Source: Promethearchaeota archaeon (GTDB lineage Archaea > Asgardarchaeota > Lokiarchaeia > Sigyniarchaeales > SOKP01). From it: a DNA stretch of 11,467 nucleotides. The DNA lies in the NCBI GenBank assembly GCA_019058015.1, contig JAHLWH010000056.1:1-11467 (forward strand), given 5' to 3'. The translations under genes and the position numbers were made by a program. A model generated the notes under the pieces. That model was not told where the DNA came from, made no database searches, and saw only the letters and a list, made by a program, of their open reading frames with translations. How positions within the stretch are numbered: position 1 is the stretch's first letter; each line of letters begins with the position of its first letter. This document shows positions 7,917 to 11,467 of this stretch, in pieces.

Positions 7917-10900
7917 TTATATTTTCGACAAAAAGGCATCTAAATTGTCTTTAGACCCCTTTTTTCTAGTTTTAGAATTTTTTAATCGATGCAATTTATA
8001 ATTATTTTGTTCGTTAAGCTTTTTCAATGTATCAAAACCTCTTAATCTAGTTAATTCAATAATTTCCTTAAATTTCTTCCGATTGTCATTACTTAAATTT
8101 AACAAATCGGCAAAAAGATCCCATTTAATAATTCGAATATTTTCGGGATATTTAATCCCTTTGTCTTTAGGGAGTTTTTTAACTCGACCAATCCAATGAT
8201 GATACCAATATATTCCGACAATAAATAACATAATTTTGGAATGTTGATATTTCTCAATTTTATCCATGATGGTGTTTTTTTTTAGTGAACTGGTATAATC
8301 AAAAAACACTACTTTAATGTGGTCTAATTTTTTAGGATCAATTTTTAACTCTTCAGCAATTCTATCTTTTAGAAGCTTTTGCAGATATTTTTTATCATTT
8401 TTAAATGCATTATCGCAACGTTTTTGATTACTAGGATAAATTTGGGGCTCTGAAAAAAGTATTGGAACATCCGGAGATTTTTTTCTTTTTTCATCTAAAT
8501 CTTGTGTGACTATTTTTTCAATTAATTTATGATTCACCTGCCCTATTATCTTTGATATATCCTCTTGGAATAATTTATTGAATTCTTCTTCTTCCAAGTT
8601 GTCTTGTAATATAACTCTGGCAGTACTCCATGCTACTCTCCATGTTTCTGCAATCTTAGTTATAGTGTCAAGATCTTTGGAGCGACCAGCTTTTATTATG
8701 CCTTCTCGTTGCTCATCGGATACCCAATCTGCAGGCTCTGGAAATTTCTTATGATATACTTTATCTCCCAAGTCATTTTGTATAATATCTATGGCTGTCC
8801 CAATTGCTACTCCAAATTCAGATGCAATCATACGAATAGAGTCAGGGTCTTCGGAGTGACCGGCTTTTATTATGCCTTTTCGTTGCTCATCGGATATTTC
8901 TCTATGAAATTTCGTATGATATTCTTTCTCTCCCAAGTCCTTAATTATTATCTTTCTAACAGTACCAACTGCTACTCCAAATTCATCTGCAATATTATCT
9001 AAAGAATCTGGATTTTTGGAGCGACCAGCTTTTATTATCCCCTCTCGTTGCTCATCGGATACCCAATCATCAGGACTTGGAAACCTCTTTTCATATTCTT
9101 TTTGTGTTAAAATTTTATGACAGATAGTTGTTAATGAACCTCTGCCTATTTTAAAATTCATTTCTTTTAATTTTCTATAAATTTTTTGCTTTGAAAACTT
9201 AGTATATTTGATGTAATGTTCAAGAAGATTATCTATATTTTTATTTTCATTGAATTCATCTATTCTTTTTACTAAATTATTTTTCTCTTCTTTAGTTAGC
9301 GCATCATTTTCTTCACTTTTAATAAATTTAATAAATTTCTTAGTAAAATGAGTACCCTTATAGACAATACCACCATCATATTTTTTTATTAATTCTTTCA
9401 ATTTCGGATCTTTTAAAATCTTAAATTCTTCTATAGCTTTATCAATAAGATCTTCCAAATCTTTTGATTTTGTATCTTTATTTAAATTCTTTGAGTCTAT
9501 TCCTGAATCTTTAATATCATTGTTGTTATGACTTTCTTCATCCCGCTCTGAAGTTGGTTCCGATTCTTTAGCATCTTCTTGGTCTTCTTTCTGTTCTATG
9601 AAAGTTGTGGAAAATGTGGGAGCTATAATTTTTTGGCCTCTCTTGATTCCGATTTGTTTCCATTTCTTATAATATTTTTTCTCTCCCAAGTAATTTTTTA
9701 TAATATCACTAACTTTACCACTTTCTACTTTCCACTTAGCTGCGATCTTATATACGGGAATAACTTTTTCAGAACGGGCGTCTTCTATTATACCTTTTCG
9801 TTGCTCATCGGATACCCGATCTTTAGGCATTAAAAACCTTTTTTCATATTCTTTCAGTGTTAAAATCTTATGTAATTTATATGTTAATGCAAGTTTGGTT
9901 ATTTTAAAATTCATTTCTTCTAATTTTCTACGAATTTTTTCCTTTGAAAAAAAAGTGTATTTGATGTAATGTTCAAGAAGATTATCTATATTTTTATTTT
10001 CATTGAATTCATCTATTCTTTTTACTAAATTATTTTTCTCTTTTATAGTCTGTCCATCATTTTCTTCACTTTTAATAAATTTAATAAATTTCTTAGTAAA
10101 ATGAGTACCCTTATAAGCGAGACCATCATATTTTTTAATTAATTCTTTCAATTTTGGATCTTTGAAAATCTTAAATTCTTTTATAGCTTTATCAATAAGA
10201 TCTTCCAAATCTTCTAATTCTTCTCCTTCTAATTTTACCTCTTCTTCTGTTTTTTTATTTAAATTCTCCGAATCTTTTTCTGAATCTTTAATATCATTGT
10301 TGTTATGACTTTCCTCATTTCGCTCTGAAGTTGGTTCCGATTCTTTATCATCTTCTTGATTATTTTCCTGAACTGTGGAGGTCGTGGAGGATGTGGTAGC
10401 TGTAATTTTTTTATTATCTTTTTTATTTTCCTTTCCTTTTAACGATAGTTCTTGTTCTGGTTCATCTTTTTGGATATCTTGTTCTTTATCCTCAACCTGA
10501 CCCCTAAATTCCCTCTTCAACCTTTCATTCAAATTCTTTCTTTGATCAATAAACCCCCCAAACTCTCTCCTCAACCTCTGCTTTAAATTGAGTGTTTGAT
10601 CAGTAAAACCCGTTCTTTTATAATCCATTTCCATTTGGTTTTCTTTCTCTTGTTCTGATGTTTGTTCCTCTTCTTTAGTATCTTTTTGATTTTCTTTCTG
10701 ATCTGTGGAAGTTGTGGAAGATGTGGTAGCCGTAATTTCTTTACTTTCTTCTCCACTTTCTTTTCCTATTAACGATAATTCTTGTTCTGATGTATCTTGA
10801 TTATTTTTATCTATACTTAAATCATAATTAATCTCATTTTCATTCCCCTCTTCATATAAGTTTTCTATTTGAGGTTCTCTAATATAGTCCTGTCCAAGAG

Positions 10901-11467
10901 TCTTGGTATGCACATTAGTGATATCTATCGTCATAGGTTCAATAACATTTGAAATTTCCAAAGAGTCATCTTCTAAATTATATTGAGTATTTGAGAGATC
11001 TACAAATTCATTTAAGAACATATCTTTAATATTCCAAGATTCATTATCTAACTCCATTAATTCCTCTTTTATTTCTTCTCTTGCTATGTCTTGAGTAATT
11101 TTACTATCTTGAAAATCGCTTGAGGATATATCTTTTATTTCCAATAATTCTCCATCTAATTCAGATAACTCAACTTCTAACAACTCTTGAATAATCGGAG
11201 CTTCTTGAAATTCGCTTGAGATTATATCATCTAATTCTGATAATTCATCTTCTAACATATCTTGAATAACTGGAGTTTCTTTCAATTCATATGAAGATAT
11301 ATCTTCCAATTCAGATAATTCTCCATCCACTTCTGATAACTCATCTTTTAATACGTCTTGAATAACTGGAACTTCTTGAAATTCACTTGAACATATGTCA
11401 TCCATTTCCGGTAAGGCTGCGTCCAATCCAGATAACGCATCTCTTGCTATCTCTTGAACATCTGAAT
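7917..11467 (-). CDS. Large repeat protein (5'-truncated): acidic repeats, duplicated module, six HTH repeats, C-terminal PD-(D/E)XK-like nuclease
   Basis: The frame stays open upstream of the track's TTG at 11426 (SDVQEIARDALSG), and that stretch matches the acidic repeat, so the true start is outside the window. HTH pattern e.g. SLDNIADEFGVAVGTVRKII. Nuclease motifs GQVNHKLIE, SEPQI, KRCDNA and VFFDYTS. Confidence 0.8.
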   Translation of the reverse strand, partial: SDVQEIARDALSGLDAALPEMDDICSSEFQEVPVIQDVLKDELSEVDGELSELEDISSYELKETPVIQDMLEDELSELDDIISSEFQEAPIIQELLEVELSELDGELLEIKDISSSDFQDSKITQDIAREEIKEELMELDNESWNIKDMFLNEFVDLSNTQYNLEDDSLEISNVIEPMTIDITNVHTKTLGQDYIREPQIENLYEEGNENEINYDLSIDKNNQDTSEQELSLIGKESGEESKEITATTSSTTSTDQKENQKDTKEEEQTSEQEKENQMEMDYKRTGFTDQTLNLKQRLRREFGGFIDQRKNLNERLKREFRGQVEDKEQDIQKDEPEQELSLKGKENKKDNKKITATTSSTTSTVQENNQEDDKESEPTSERNEESHNNNDIKDSEKDSENLNKKTEEEVKLEGEELEDLEDLIDKAIKEFKIFKDPKLKELIKKYDGLAYKGTHFTKKFIKFIKSEENDGQTIKEKNNLVKRIDEFNENKNIDNLLEHYIKYTFFSKEKIRRKLEEMNFKITKLALTYKLHKILTLKEYEKRFLMPKDRVSDEQRKGIIEDARSEKVIPVYKIAAKWKVESGKVSDIIKNYLGEKKYYKKWKQIGIKRGQKIIAPTFSTTFIEQKEDQEDAKESEPTSERDEESHNNNDIKDSGIDSKNLNKDTKSKDLEDLIDKAIEEFKILKDPKLKELIKKYDGGIVYKGTHFTKKFIKFIKSEENDALTKEEKNNLVKRIDEFNENKNIDNLLEHYIKYTKFSKQKIYRKLKEMNFKIGRGSLTTICHKILTQKEYEKRFPSPDDWVSDEQREGIIKAGRSKNPDSLDNIADEFGVAVGTVRKIIIKDLGEKEYHTKFHREISDEQRKGIIKAGHSEDPDSIRMIASEFGVAIGTAIDIIQNDLGDKVYHKKFPEPADWVSDEQREGIIKAGRSKDLDTITKIAETWRVAWSTARVILQDNLEEEEFNKLFQEDISKIIGQVNHKLIEKIVTQDLDEKRKKSPDVPILFSEPQIYPSNQKRCDNAFKNDKKYLQKLLKDRIAEELKIDPKKLDHIKVVFFDYTSSLKKNTIMDKIEKYQHSKIMLFIVGIYWYHHWIGRVKKLPKDKGIKYPENIRIIKWDLFADLLNLSNDNRKKFKEIIELTRLRGFDTLKKLNEQNNYKLHRLKNSKTRKKGSKDNLDAFLSKI
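8568..9812 (-). repeat. Four ~51-aa SDEQR-type HTH repeats (9660-9812, 8907-9059, 8742-8894, 8568-8720)
   Basis: The exact 16-mer CGTTGCTCATCGGATA starts at 8707, 8881, 9046 and 9799. The tandem units are spaced 174 and 165 bp. Confidence 0.9.
8907..10411 (-). repeat. Intragenic tandem duplication of ~730-750 bp (9660-10411 and 8907-9634)
   Basis: Offset 777 bp at the N-terminal part and 753 bp after in-frame indels. Identical blocks of 85 bp (9958-10042 = 9205-9289) and 61 bp (10055-10115 = 9302-9362). Confidence 0.95.
10340..10788 (-). repeat. Duplicated Ser/Thr linker (EQELSL..ITATTSSTTST, 330-bp offset) flanking a 2 x 54-bp repeat
   Basis: AACGATA at 10441 and 10771. Inner units 10548-10601 (DQTLNLKQRLRREFGGFI) and 10494-10547 (DQRKNLNERLKREFRGQV). 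Confidence 0.85.
11000..11467 (-). repeat. Acidic 32-aa (96-bp) tandem repeats, at least 5 units, possibly continuing beyond the window
   Basis: TCTTG anchors at 11089, 11185, 11260, 11356 and 11452 (spacing 96, 75, 96, 96). Consensus roughly IQDxLxDELSELDGELxExxDISSSEFQExPx. Confidence 0.88.

Noticed and set aside
8709-9002. 97-aa + strand ORF
   Set aside because: Antisense shadow of the HTH repeats; its hydrophobicity mirrors the A-rich sense codons.
8707-9814. Repeated 16-mer as a CRISPR array
   Set aside because: Spacings of 165-753 bp are multiples of 3, the repeats lie in frame within a CDS, the intervening sequences are homologous, and no cas genes are present.
9579-9833. 84-aa + strand ORF
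   Set aside because: Antisense shadow of the same repeat family.
8907-10411. Duplication as a DGR template/variable repeat pair
   Set aside because: Both copies are coding, differences include non-adenine changes (CTT/GGT, GCA/TCA), long A-rich blocks are invariant, and there is no reverse transcriptase in the window.

Overview
AT-rich archaeal window. The eS26 gene, the archaeal-type trmY and CDP-alcohol phosphatidyltransferase, and the low GC suggest an Asgard/Lokiarchaeia-like host (inference). Left to right: a partial membrane-protein gene; an IS607-family element (serine-recombinase tnpA plus tnpB with a rearranged RuvC-II site and a structured 3' end); a structured spacer; a lone bacterial-looking argC; a housekeeping trio trmY / CDP-alcohol phosphatidyltransferase / rps26e; a PIN-nuclease-TPR fusion; and a large ORF (>1180 aa, open past the right edge). 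The most interesting item is this last ORF. It has acidic N-terminal tandem repeats, a recent ~750-bp internal duplication, six tandem helix-turn-helix modules whose scaffolds are conserved while the recognition helices are hypervariable, and a C-terminal RecB/Cas4-like PD-(D/E)XK nuclease motif set. It is a candidate natural modular, repeat-programmed DNA nuclease. All calls come from reading motifs by eye; no database searches were run.
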